Source: an uncultured Eubacteriales bacterium
Lineage (GTDB): Bacteria > Bacillota > Clostridia > Christensenellales > Aristaeellaceae
Length of the DNA stretch: 64,000 nt
Reading direction: 5' to 3'
NCBI GenBank assembly: GCA_902781095.1
Contig: CACZHW010000010.1
Coordinates: 3,120 to 67,119, forward strand
The notes beneath the pieces were generated by a model. It ran no database searches, was not told the origin of the DNA, and saw only the letters and a program-made list of their open reading frames with translations. This document shows, piece by piece, positions 26,450 to 33,974 of this stretch. Position 1 is the first letter of the stretch. Each line of letters begins with the position of its first letter. The position numbers were made by a program, and so were the translations under genes.

Positions 26450-27610
26450 TCAGCCGCCGAGGACGATTTCCTTCAGGCGCTGCCCCGTCCTTCCCTCTGA
26501 CAGGTCCGCCAGGTCGATCACGCCGATATGCAGCTCGGAGGCGCGGTTGCGGACGGCGGCGTTGGCGGGTTCCGCCGTGACAATGGCCGCGCACGCCATT
26601 TCCCCGCCGAAACGGTCCCTCAGCACGGAGAGCTCATTGAGCGCCTCTGTCTTGACCTCGCCCGTCTTGCAGCTGATGAAGATAGGCGTAAGCGCACGGC
26701 TGGACATCACGTCGATCTCGTTGGAAACGCCGTCCTGCTCCTGAATCCTCTCCCAGTCGACGACGACGCTCGTCTTCACATCGTTGAAAAGCCCCGTATC
26801 GAGGCACGCCTTGTAGATGTATAGTTCCAGCACGCTGCCCACGTCGCGCAGCCAGGCGCGGATCTGCCGGTCTGTAAAGGTGAAGCTGACCGTTTCACCG
26901 ATCTCAAGGTCCGTGATCATCCCGATCTTCTGCAGCGCTTCCAGCGTCTGCGCGTCCGCACGAACCCGCTCCCGGCCGGCCTTGACTTCCGCGGGTGCCC
27001 TGACGCTCAGCGACTCATTGCTCTGGGAGACCGCCTGCATGTAGCCGATGGTCTGTGTCCACGCCCTCCGGTTCTCCAGAAAGACGGAGAAGAACGGCTC
27101 CATCAGCCACATGTAACGGGAGAGCACCGCATTATCCACCCGTCCTTTCCGCATGGAGCCGCCCGCCATGTGCAGGAAGTCCGCTACGGAGAAGCGGACG
27201 AACCCCGTATCCACGCTCGCGTAGGAGGCGCCGCGGATATTGAAGAAGCGGTTCCGTCTGCGGCTGTAGGTAAATACGGCCAGATCGTCGTGCCTTGCCG
27301 CAAACAGCCCGCCCGCAAAGAGGGCCGCGTCCGTTCCCCCGCAGATATCCAGCGCGCAGTCGCCATATTGAGCCTGTACCCGCTCCATCGCTTTCAAAAC
27401 GGCCTGCGGGTCGTTCATGTCCACGCTCTCGACGGACAGCTGGCTTTCAATCCCCCGGCCTTTCAAAAAAGCGTTCACCGACGCGCGGAGCGCTTTGTCC
27501 TCCGCCACTTTCGGCGGGGCCAGAAAGACCGTCCGCTCCGGGCGGAAGACTTCCGTCGCCAGGATGTTCTCCAGCGGCCGCTTGTCATAGAGTTCAATCA
27601 GCGTCTTCAT
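26450..27610 (-). CDS. Card1/Can2-like CARF plus PD-(D/E)xK protein (DUF1887 family), orphan
   Basis: ORF trimmed to MKTLIELYDKRP after a GGGAGGA RBS. The N-terminal Rossmann-like domain carries DICGGTD (CARF-like). The C-terminus reads NEIDVMSSRALTPIFISCKTGEV (D...SxK where D...ExK is expected). Confidence 0.65.
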   Translation of the reverse strand: MKTLIELYDKRPLENILATEVFRPERTVFLAPPKVAEDKALRASVNAFLKGRGIESQLSVESVDMNDPQAVLKAMERVQAQYGDCALDICGGTDAALFAGGLFAARHDDLAVFTYSRRRNRFFNIRGASYASVDTGFVRFSVADFLHMAGGSMRKGRVDNAVLSRYMWLMEPFFSVFLENRRAWTQTIGYMQAVSQSNESLSVRAPAEVKAGRERVRADAQTLEALQKIGMITDLEIGETVSFTFTDRQIRAWLRDVGSVLELYIYKACLDTGLFNDVKTSVVVDWERIQEQDGVSNEIDVMSSRALTPIFISCKTGEVKTEALNELSVLRDRFGGEMACAAIVTAEPANAAVRNRASELHIGVIDLADLSEGRTGQRLKEIVLGG

Positions 27611-27747
27611 ACCCGTCCTCCCGGTTTTACTGATGAAACCATTATAAATCCCCGCCGGACCCGCGTCAATTGCGCGCGTCTTGTGCTTTTTCGCCGTACC
27701 CGTTATAATGGACCCGTCTTGAGACTGCATCAAGGAGGAGGATCGGA

Positions 27748-28365
27748 ATGAACGTACTCATGATCAACGCGAGCCCCCATCCAAACGGCAACACCAGCCT
27801 GGCCCTTCGCGAGATGGAAGGCATCTTCGCTTCGGCCGGCATCCACACGGATACGATGCGCATCGGCAGCAGCGCCATCCGCGGCTGCATCGCCTGCGGC
27901 AGCTGCTCAGAGAAGGGCCGCTGCGTCTTCGACGACGAGGTCAACGCCGCCGCCCCCCTCTTCGAGGCCGCGGACGGCCTGGTTCTGGCCACGCCCGTCT
28001 ACTACGCCTCCGCCAACGCGACCCTGATCGCGTTTCTGGACAGGCTCTTCTACTCCACGTCCTTCGACAAGACGATGAAGGTCGGCGCCGGCATCGCCGT
28101 GGCCCGCCGGGGCGGCTGCAGCGCCACCTTCGACGAGATCAACAAGTACTTCACCATCGCCGGCATGCCCGTCGCCTCCTCCCAGTACTGGAACAGCGTG
28201 CACGGGCGCACGCCCGGCGAAGCGGCCGGGGACGCCGAGGGGCTGCAGACCGTCCGCACCCTTGCGCGCAACATGGCCTTCCTGATGCGCGCCATCGCCG
28301 ACGCCAAAGCCAGGTACGGCCTCCCCGAAAAAGAGGAGCACGTCTGGACGCACTTCATTCACTGA
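27748..28365 (+). CDS. flavodoxin-like NAD(P)H-dependent FMN reductase / iron-sulfur flavoprotein
   Basis: MNVLMINASPHPNGNT..., a CIACGSC..C cluster motif and LATPVYYASA. Confidence 0.8.
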   Translation: MNVLMINASPHPNGNTSLALREMEGIFASAGIHTDTMRIGSSAIRGCIACGSCSEKGRCVFDDEVNAAAPLFEAADGLVLATPVYYASANATLIAFLDRLFYSTSFDKTMKVGAGIAVARRGGCSATFDEINKYFTIAGMPVASSQYWNSVHGRTPGEAAGDAEGLQTVRTLARNMAFLMRAIADAKARYGLPEKEEHVWTHFIH

Positions 28366-28377
28366 GCCCGCAGCGAC

Positions 28378-28409
28378 GCGGCCCGCCGGAACCGGCGGGC
28401 CGCTTTCTT
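28378..28409. terminator. bidirectional terminator
   Basis: GCGGCCCGCCGG-AA-CCGGCGGGCCGC followed by TTTCTT. Confidence 0.55.
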
Positions 28410-29379
28410 ATGGCGCCATCATCAGGATATCCAGTTCGCCCGTCAGCTCGGTATCCTCCAGCATCGCCGGGAGGAACACGCTGTCGCCGCGGCGCAGCTG
28501 CGCCTCTCCCCCTTCCCAGCGCAGGATGCCTTCTCCCAGCGCCGTCATCAGCCGGAAGCGCTCCGGCGTCGCCGAAAGGCGCAGCCGGCCGCGTACGGGG
28601 TACCGGTCCAGGGTGAAAGCCGAGCCGTTTACATACCGTACGCCCGCGCATCCGTCCAGGCTGACGGCCGTGCCCGCGCACGCGCAGGGTTCCGGGCCGA
28701 GGCGCACCACGTCCAGCCCCTTTTGAATGTGCAGCGGGCGGCGGTTGCCCTGCGCGTCCGTGCGGTTCCAGTCGTAAAAGCGGTACGTCACGTCGCTGGA
28801 CTGCTGAATCTCCGCCAGCGTAATCCCGCCGCCCAGCGCGTGGACGGTGCCCGCCGGGATGCTGTACACCTCCCCCGCGCGGACGCCGGTAAAGCGCAGG
28901 CATTCCTCAAGCGCCTTTCCGCCGGCGCGGCACGCCTCGCCAAGTTGCGCCCGGGTGACGCCTTCGCGGATGCCGAAGACGATTTGAGCGTCCGGTTCCG
29001 CCTCCAGGATGACCCACGCTTCCGCCTTCCCCAGCTTTCCGTTTTCGTTTTTGAATGCATAGACGTCGTCCGGATGCACCTGAACGGACAGCCACTGCCT
29101 GGCGCTGATCAGCTTGAGGAGCAGCGGAAAGGTTTCCCCGACCCGCGTTCCGCGCATCGCTTCCCCGTAGCGTTCGAGCAGGGCGGGCAGCGCCGTGCCC
29201 GAGGCGTCGCGGCTCTCCAGCCCGGGCAGGGCGGAGACCTCCAGGCTCTCCCCCGTCCGCTCGTCCGGTATCGCCTTGTGAAAGCGCCTCAGCCCCACGC
29301 CGCCCCACGGCGTATCCTTTCCGTACCGGAAAGCCGGTGCCATGCCAATCGGCGCCAGTTTGATTCCCGTCTCCTTCAT
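28408..29379 (-). CDS. manA: class I mannose-6-phosphate isomerase
   Basis: 323 aa with SVQVHPDD, EAWVILE and the cupin-type PMI layout. Start overlaps the upstream yolD-like stop. Confidence 0.8.
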   Translation of the reverse strand: MKETGIKLAPIGMAPAFRYGKDTPWGGVGLRRFHKAIPDERTGESLEVSALPGLESRDASGTALPALLERYGEAMRGTRVGETFPLLLKLISARQWLSVQVHPDDVYAFKNENGKLGKAEAWVILEAEPDAQIVFGIREGVTRAQLGEACRAGGKALEECLRFTGVRAGEVYSIPAGTVHALGGGITLAEIQQSSDVTYRFYDWNRTDAQGNRRPLHIQKGLDVVRLGPEPCACAGTAVSLDGCAGVRYVNGSAFTLDRYPVRGRLRLSATPERFRLMTALGEGILRWEGGEAQLRRGDSVFLPAMLEDTELTGELDILMMAP

Positions 29380-29585
29380 TCCGTCCAGTCCCCCTCGTCT
29401 GTTTCCCGATGCGCGTCCTGCTCTTGCATCCGGTGCTCATGCGCGTCCCTGCGCACTTCCAGCGTGTCCGTATACCCGCGGAGCGCGGCAAAGGGCATAA
29501 ACTGCTTGGCCCTGTCCGCCCGGGGCATCCGCGGGTGCCGGAGCGCCGGGCGCCGGACCTTCAGGATGTCTTCGTACCGGTCCAT
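29376..29585 (-). CDS. YolD-like protein (accessory to Y-family polymerase)
   Basis: 69 aa starting MDRYEDILKV, with the KQFMPFAALRGY motif. Begins 1 bp after the polymerase stop. Confidence 0.65.
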   Translation of the reverse strand: MDRYEDILKVRRPALRHPRMPRADRAKQFMPFAALRGYTDTLEVRRDAHEHRMQEQDAHRETDEGDWTE

Positions 29586-29586
29586 C

Positions 29587-31026
29587 TTACCCCTCCTCCC
29601 CGGAAGCGTGGCCGCCGATGACGGTATTGCGCTGCCGCCCCGTCGCCCCTTCTTCCAGGCTTGTTCCCTTGATGACCGCGTTTGCGCCGTAGCGCCTGCG
29701 CAGGTCCAGCATCGCCTCGCCCAGCCGCCGCTCCCGTCGGCGCGCCTCTTCCTCGCGCAGCAGTGTCTCCGGCGGCGTAAAGAGGTCCGTCTGTCTCTCC
29801 TCCCGGACGGCTTCCCGGGCGCGCACATCTCCCAGCCCCAGCTCGAACCGCCGGATCGTGAGGGACGGCTCCGCCAGCCGGTCGTAGAGCGCCACCGCCG
29901 CCGCCTCAATCAGCCGCGCCGAATCGGTATGGATCCGCGCGCCGCCCTCTTCCAGCGGTGCCGTTCCGCGCGCGGGTTTGGGCGCCATGCGGCCGTAATA
30001 GTCCGCCTGCACCGGCCCCTTCCATCTGCCGCTGTCCACCGCCTCCCTGTCGTAGTGGATGCCCACGGCAACGCTGCCGGCGGTCAGCCTCTCGGAAAGC
30101 AGTTCCAGGGCCATCTGCACGGCCATCTCCCGCACGATGATCCTGCCCTGATCCGCCGTATACGGCTCCGGCATTACCTGCGCGCAGGACAGGGAGTGCA
30201 TCTGGGGCCGGAAGGCTTTGATGTCCGCCATCGTGCAGCTTTCCTCTCCCCACGCGTGGTCGAGCAGCAGCTCCGCGTCCACGCCGAATTCCCGGAAGAA
30301 AACGTCCTCGTCGGTCAGGCTGCGGCGGGCCACATCGCCCATCGTCCGCATCCCGTGCCGCTGCAGCCTGGCCGCCGTTCCCCTGCCTACGCGCCAGAAA
30401 TCCGTGATGGGCGTATGCGCCCAGAGGAGCCTGCGGTAAGCCGCCTCGTCCAGGAAGGCGATGCGCACGCCGCGCGCGTCCGCCTCCTTGTGCTTGGCTA
30501 CGATGTCCATCGCCACCTTCGCCAGATAGAGATTGGTGCCGATTCCGGCCGTCGCGGTAATGCCCGTCTCCAGGAGAATCCCGTCGATCAGCTCCCGCAC
30601 CATCTCCTCCGCCGTCTGCCCCCTCGTCTTCAGGTAGCCCGTCAGGTCGAGGAAGACCTCGTCGATGCTGTAGACGTGGATGTCCTCCGCCGACAGATTG
30701 GCAAGATACACGCTCCCGTAAATCCGGGCGCTCGTCTCCATATAGACGCGCATGCGCGGCGGCGCGGTGATGAACTCAACCGTCCTTCCGGTCTGCGCCC
30801 TCACTTGCGCGGCACGCCGTTTCACCTCGAACAGCCTGCACCGCCCGGGGACGCCCAGCGCCTGCTTGAGCGCGGGGCTGACCGCCAGGCAGATGGTCTT
30901 GTCGCTGCGCGACGCGTCCGCCACCACGAGGTTCGCCGTAAGCGGATCAAGCCCGCGTGCGACGCATTCCACGGAAGCATAAAAGGATTTGAGGTCGATC
31001 GCCGCATACACCCGCCGCTGCTCCAT
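29587..31026 (-). CDS. Y-family (translesion) DNA polymerase, UvrX/YqjW-like
   Basis: MEQRRVYAAIDLKSFYASVECV...YSIDEVFLDLT motifs of the ImpB/UmuC/DinB family. Confidence 0.85.
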   Translation of the reverse strand: MEQRRVYAAIDLKSFYASVECVARGLDPLTANLVVADASRSDKTICLAVSPALKQALGVPGRCRLFEVKRRAAQVRAQTGRTVEFITAPPRMRVYMETSARIYGSVYLANLSAEDIHVYSIDEVFLDLTGYLKTRGQTAEEMVRELIDGILLETGITATAGIGTNLYLAKVAMDIVAKHKEADARGVRIAFLDEAAYRRLLWAHTPITDFWRVGRGTAARLQRHGMRTMGDVARRSLTDEDVFFREFGVDAELLLDHAWGEESCTMADIKAFRPQMHSLSCAQVMPEPYTADQGRIIVREMAVQMALELLSERLTAGSVAVGIHYDREAVDSGRWKGPVQADYYGRMAPKPARGTAPLEEGGARIHTDSARLIEAAAVALYDRLAEPSLTIRRFELGLGDVRAREAVREERQTDLFTPPETLLREEEARRRERRLGEAMLDLRRRYGANAVIKGTSLEEGATGRQRNTVIGGHASGEEG

Positions 31027-31109
31027 CCCGCTGCCCCCTTCTGCTTGACGCCGGTTGCTCCTCTGTCTATAATCAGTGCGGATTGTTTTTCGTTGAAAGG
31101 AGAACCCCT

Positions 31110-32258
31110 ATGTCTTATATCCAGACCAAAGTCCAGTCACAGGAGGAAGCCTCCCGCGACAGCATTATCGTGCGCACCAGCATCCTCGGCATCGCGGCGA
31201 ACCTCTTTCTCGCCGCCTTCAAAGCGGCCGCCGGCCTTTTGTCCGGCTCCATCGCCGTCGTGCTGGATGCGGTCAACAACCTGTCCGACGCCGCTTCCTC
31301 CGTCATCACCATCGTGGGCACCAAACTGGCCGCGCGCCAGCCTGATAAAAAGCACCCCTTCGGCTACGGGCGCATCGAATACCTCTCGGCCATGATCATC
31401 TCGGTCATCGTGCTGTACGCGGGCATCACCAGCCTGACCGAATCCGTCAAGGCCATCCTTCACCCGGAAGCGCCCGATTATTCACCGCTGACGCTCGTCA
31501 TCATCGCCGTGGGCGTCGTCGTCAAAATCCTGCTGGGCCGGCACGTAAAAGCCGTCGGCCAGCGCGTCAACTCCGATTCCCTCGTCGCCTCCGGCGAGGA
31601 CGCGCGTCTGGACGCGGTCATCTCGGCTTCCACGCTGGCGGCTGCCGTCATCTACCTGCTCTTCTCCGTCTCTCTGGAGGCCTGGCTGGGCGCCGTCATC
31701 TCGCTCGTCATCATCCGGTCCGGCGTCGGCATGCTGCGCGATACGCTCTCCCAGATTCTGGGCGAACGGGCAGAGGCTTCCCTGGCCCGCGAAATCCGGC
31801 AGACGGTCTGTTCCTTCCCGGAGGTGCAGGGCGCGTACGACCTGATTCTCAACAATTACGGGCCGGACGCCTTCAATGGCTCCATCCACATCGAGGTCGC
31901 CGACACGATGACGGCGGACCGGCTGGACACGCTGATCCGCTCCATCACCAGGGAGGTCTATGCCCGGCACAACATCATCCTCACCGCCGTCGGCATCTAC
32001 GCCGTCAACACGCAGGACGAGGAAGCCGCCGCACTGCAGCGGGAGGTCTACCGCATCACCCTCGCCAATCCCCACGTCCGCGAGATCCACGGCTTCTACT
32101 ACGACCGGGACGAGCGCACCATGCGCATGGATATCGTCGTCAGCCTGGACGCGCCGGACAGGCCGGCTGTCGTTGCGGAAGTCTGCAAGGCGCTCTCGGC
32201 GGCTTACCCGGACATCACGCCGCATCTCACCCTGGATACCGATTTCGCCGAGGAGTGA
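31110..32258 (+). CDS. cation diffusion facilitator family transporter
   Basis: ORF trimmed to MSYIQTK after an AAAGGAG RBS. Six TM helices with LDAVNNLSDA and a C-terminal cytoplasmic CDF domain. Confidence 0.85.
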   Translation: MSYIQTKVQSQEEASRDSIIVRTSILGIAANLFLAAFKAAAGLLSGSIAVVLDAVNNLSDAASSVITIVGTKLAARQPDKKHPFGYGRIEYLSAMIISVIVLYAGITSLTESVKAILHPEAPDYSPLTLVIIAVGVVVKILLGRHVKAVGQRVNSDSLVASGEDARLDAVISASTLAAAVIYLLFSVSLEAWLGAVISLVIIRSGVGMLRDTLSQILGERAEASLAREIRQTVCSFPEVQGAYDLILNNYGPDAFNGSIHIEVADTMTADRLDTLIRSITREVYARHNIILTAVGIYAVNTQDEEAAALQREVYRITLANPHVREIHGFYYDRDERTMRMDIVVSLDAPDRPAVVAEVCKALSAAYPDITPHLTLDTDFAEE

Positions 32259-32351
32259 GCAAAGGCCGTTTTCCTCCAACATCATAATCAAAGCGCCCTC
32301 CCGTTTCAAGGCTTTTCTTGCGGGAGGGCGCCGTTTGCGCACCGTTCGTCC

Positions 32352-32380
32352 TTGAATTCACCCCGGCCGGGCATTATAAT
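32352..32380 (+). promoter_or_regulatory. sigma70-type promoter of metF-metH
   Basis: TTGAAT (32352..32357), 17-nt spacer, TATAAT (32375..32380). The leader is only about 30 nt. Confidence 0.5.
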
Positions 32381-32412
32381 GTCTTTATTCTCTTACTGTC
32401 CGGAGGGTTACC

Positions 32413-33297
32413 ATGAAGCTGACCGATCTGCTGTGCCGGGAGCGCTACTCCCTTTCCTTTGAAGTTTTCCCGCCGAAGACGGACGCCGTGTTCGAAAGCG
32501 TCAGCCGCGCGGCGCTCGCCTGCGCCCGGCTTCAGCCCTCCTTTGTCAGCGTCACCTACGGCGCGGGCGGCGGACGCAGCCGCTACACGCTGGAGCTGGC
32601 GGAGCGCATCCACGCCGAAACCGGCGTACCGACGCTGGCGCACCTCACCTGCGTCTCCTCCACCCGTGAAACTGTGGAAGCGCAGATCGCCGCCCTTAAG
32701 CGGGCCGGCATCGAAAACGTGATGGCCCTGCGCGGAGACCTGACCCCCGAGATGGAGGCGCAGGACCGCTCGCTCTGGCCCTACCGCCACGCCATAGAGC
32801 TCGTCCGCGAGCTGCGGGAGAGCGGCGCGGACTTCTGCATCGGCGGTGCGTGCTATCCGGAGGTGCACCCCGAGAGCGCCAGCCAGAAGGAGGACATCCG
32901 CCGTCTGCGGGAAAAGGTGGATGCCGGGTGCGATTTCCTCACCACGCAGATGTTCTTCGACAACAACCTGTTCTACAGCTTTCTCTATAAAATCCGCGAG
33001 GCGGGCATCACCGTGCCCGTCCTGCCCGGCATCATGCCCATCACCGGCGCGGCGCAGGTGGAGCGCGCCGTCCGGCTCTCCGGGTCTTTCATGCCCCAGC
33101 GCTTCCGCACGCTGGTCGACCGTTTCGGCACCTCGCCGGAGGCGATGCGGCAGGCCGGCATCGCCTATGCCACCGATCAGATCATCGACCTGTTCGCCAA
33201 CGGCATCCGCAACGTGCACATCTACACCATGAACAAGCCGGAGGTGGCAGGCGCAATCCGTCAAAACGTCTCCGCCATCCTCGGTATGCCGCTGTGA
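32413..33297 (+). CDS. metF: methylenetetrahydrofolate reductase
   Basis: 294 aa. SFEVFPPKT, VTYGAGG and the overall MTHFR sequence. Confidence 0.9.
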   Translation: MKLTDLLCRERYSLSFEVFPPKTDAVFESVSRAALACARLQPSFVSVTYGAGGGRSRYTLELAERIHAETGVPTLAHLTCVSSTRETVEAQIAALKRAGIENVMALRGDLTPEMEAQDRSLWPYRHAIELVRELRESGADFCIGGACYPEVHPESASQKEDIRRLREKVDAGCDFLTTQMFFDNNLFYSFLYKIREAGITVPVLPGIMPITGAAQVERAVRLSGSFMPQRFRTLVDRFGTSPEAMRQAGIAYATDQIIDLFANGIRNVHIYTMNKPEVAGAIRQNVSAILGMPL

Positions 33298-33947
33298 ACG
33301 TGCTCTCTCCGGCGGAGCCGCCGGTCAACCGCCGCGAAATCCTCCGCTACGCCGGCTGCAGGGGCGGAGGGGCGGAAGGCCTGCCCCTGGAGGAATGCCT
33401 GCGCCTGAGTGCGGGCGTGCTCTCGTACCGCGTCGTCTGGGAAACCTTCCCCGTCAGCGCGCAGGAAGACACCGTCGATCTCGGGTTCGCCCGCGTCCGC
33501 TCCGCCGCCCTCGCCCGCTCTCTAGCCGGCTGCGGGTCGGCGCTGGTCTTTGCCGCCACCGTCGGCCTTGGCATGGACAGGCTGATCGCCCGCTACGAAC
33601 GGGTGAGTCCCTCAACCGCGCTGCTGCTGCACGCCGTGGGAACGGAGCGCATCGAGAGCCTGTGCGATGCCTTCTGCCGCGGGCAAAACACCGCGCTGGC
33701 GGAGAAAGGGCTCGCCCTGCGCCCCCGCTTCTCCCCCGGCTACGGCGACCTGCCGCTCGCCTTTCAGCGGGAGATTTTCCGCGCGCTGGAATGCGAAAAG
33801 CGCATCGGCCTCACCCTGACGGACAGCCTGCTCATGTCCCCCGCGAAGAGCGTGACCGCCATCGCGGGCATCGCTAGCGCGTGCGCCGGCCGGGAGAGTG
33901 CGCCCTGCGCCCAGTGCGGCAAGGCAGACTGCGCCTACCGAGGATAA
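33294..33947 (+). CDS. stand-alone methionine synthase activation (AdoMet-binding) domain protein
   Basis: GTG start overlapping the metF stop. RPRFSPGYGDLPL and LMSPAKSVTAI motifs of the MetH reactivation domain. Confidence 0.7.
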   Translation: MNVLSPAEPPVNRREILRYAGCRGGGAEGLPLEECLRLSAGVLSYRVVWETFPVSAQEDTVDLGFARVRSAALARSLAGCGSALVFAATVGLGMDRLIARYERVSPSTALLLHAVGTERIESLCDAFCRGQNTALAEKGLALRPRFSPGYGDLPLAFQREIFRALECEKRIGLTLTDSLLMSPAKSVTAIAGIASACAGRESAPCAQCGKADCAYRG

Positions 33948-33974
33948 CCACACGGCCACGTTGAAAGGAACGCC

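Noticed and set aside
25872-26594. 240-aa minus-strand ORF overlapping the HU gene and its promoter
   Set aside because: It overlaps a canonical hup gene that has a promoter, RBS and terminator. The translation is not protein-like.
31027-31109. LexA/Cheo box (GAAC-N4-GTTC) upstream of the Y-family polymerase
   Set aside because: No convincing match was seen by eye on either strand. A matrix scan would be needed to exclude a degenerate site.
28723-31395. 890-aa plus-strand ORF spanning manA, yolD-like, the polymerase and the CDF start
   Set aside because: It crosses four well-supported genes and two intergenic regions. The product is Arg/Pro/Ala-rich. No RBS is present. It is an artefact of G+C content.
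32259-32412. SAM or cobalamin riboswitch ahead of metF-metH
   Set aside because: After the CDF-gene terminator and a TTGAAT-17-TATAAT promoter, only about 30 nt of leader remain. That leaves no room for an aptamer.
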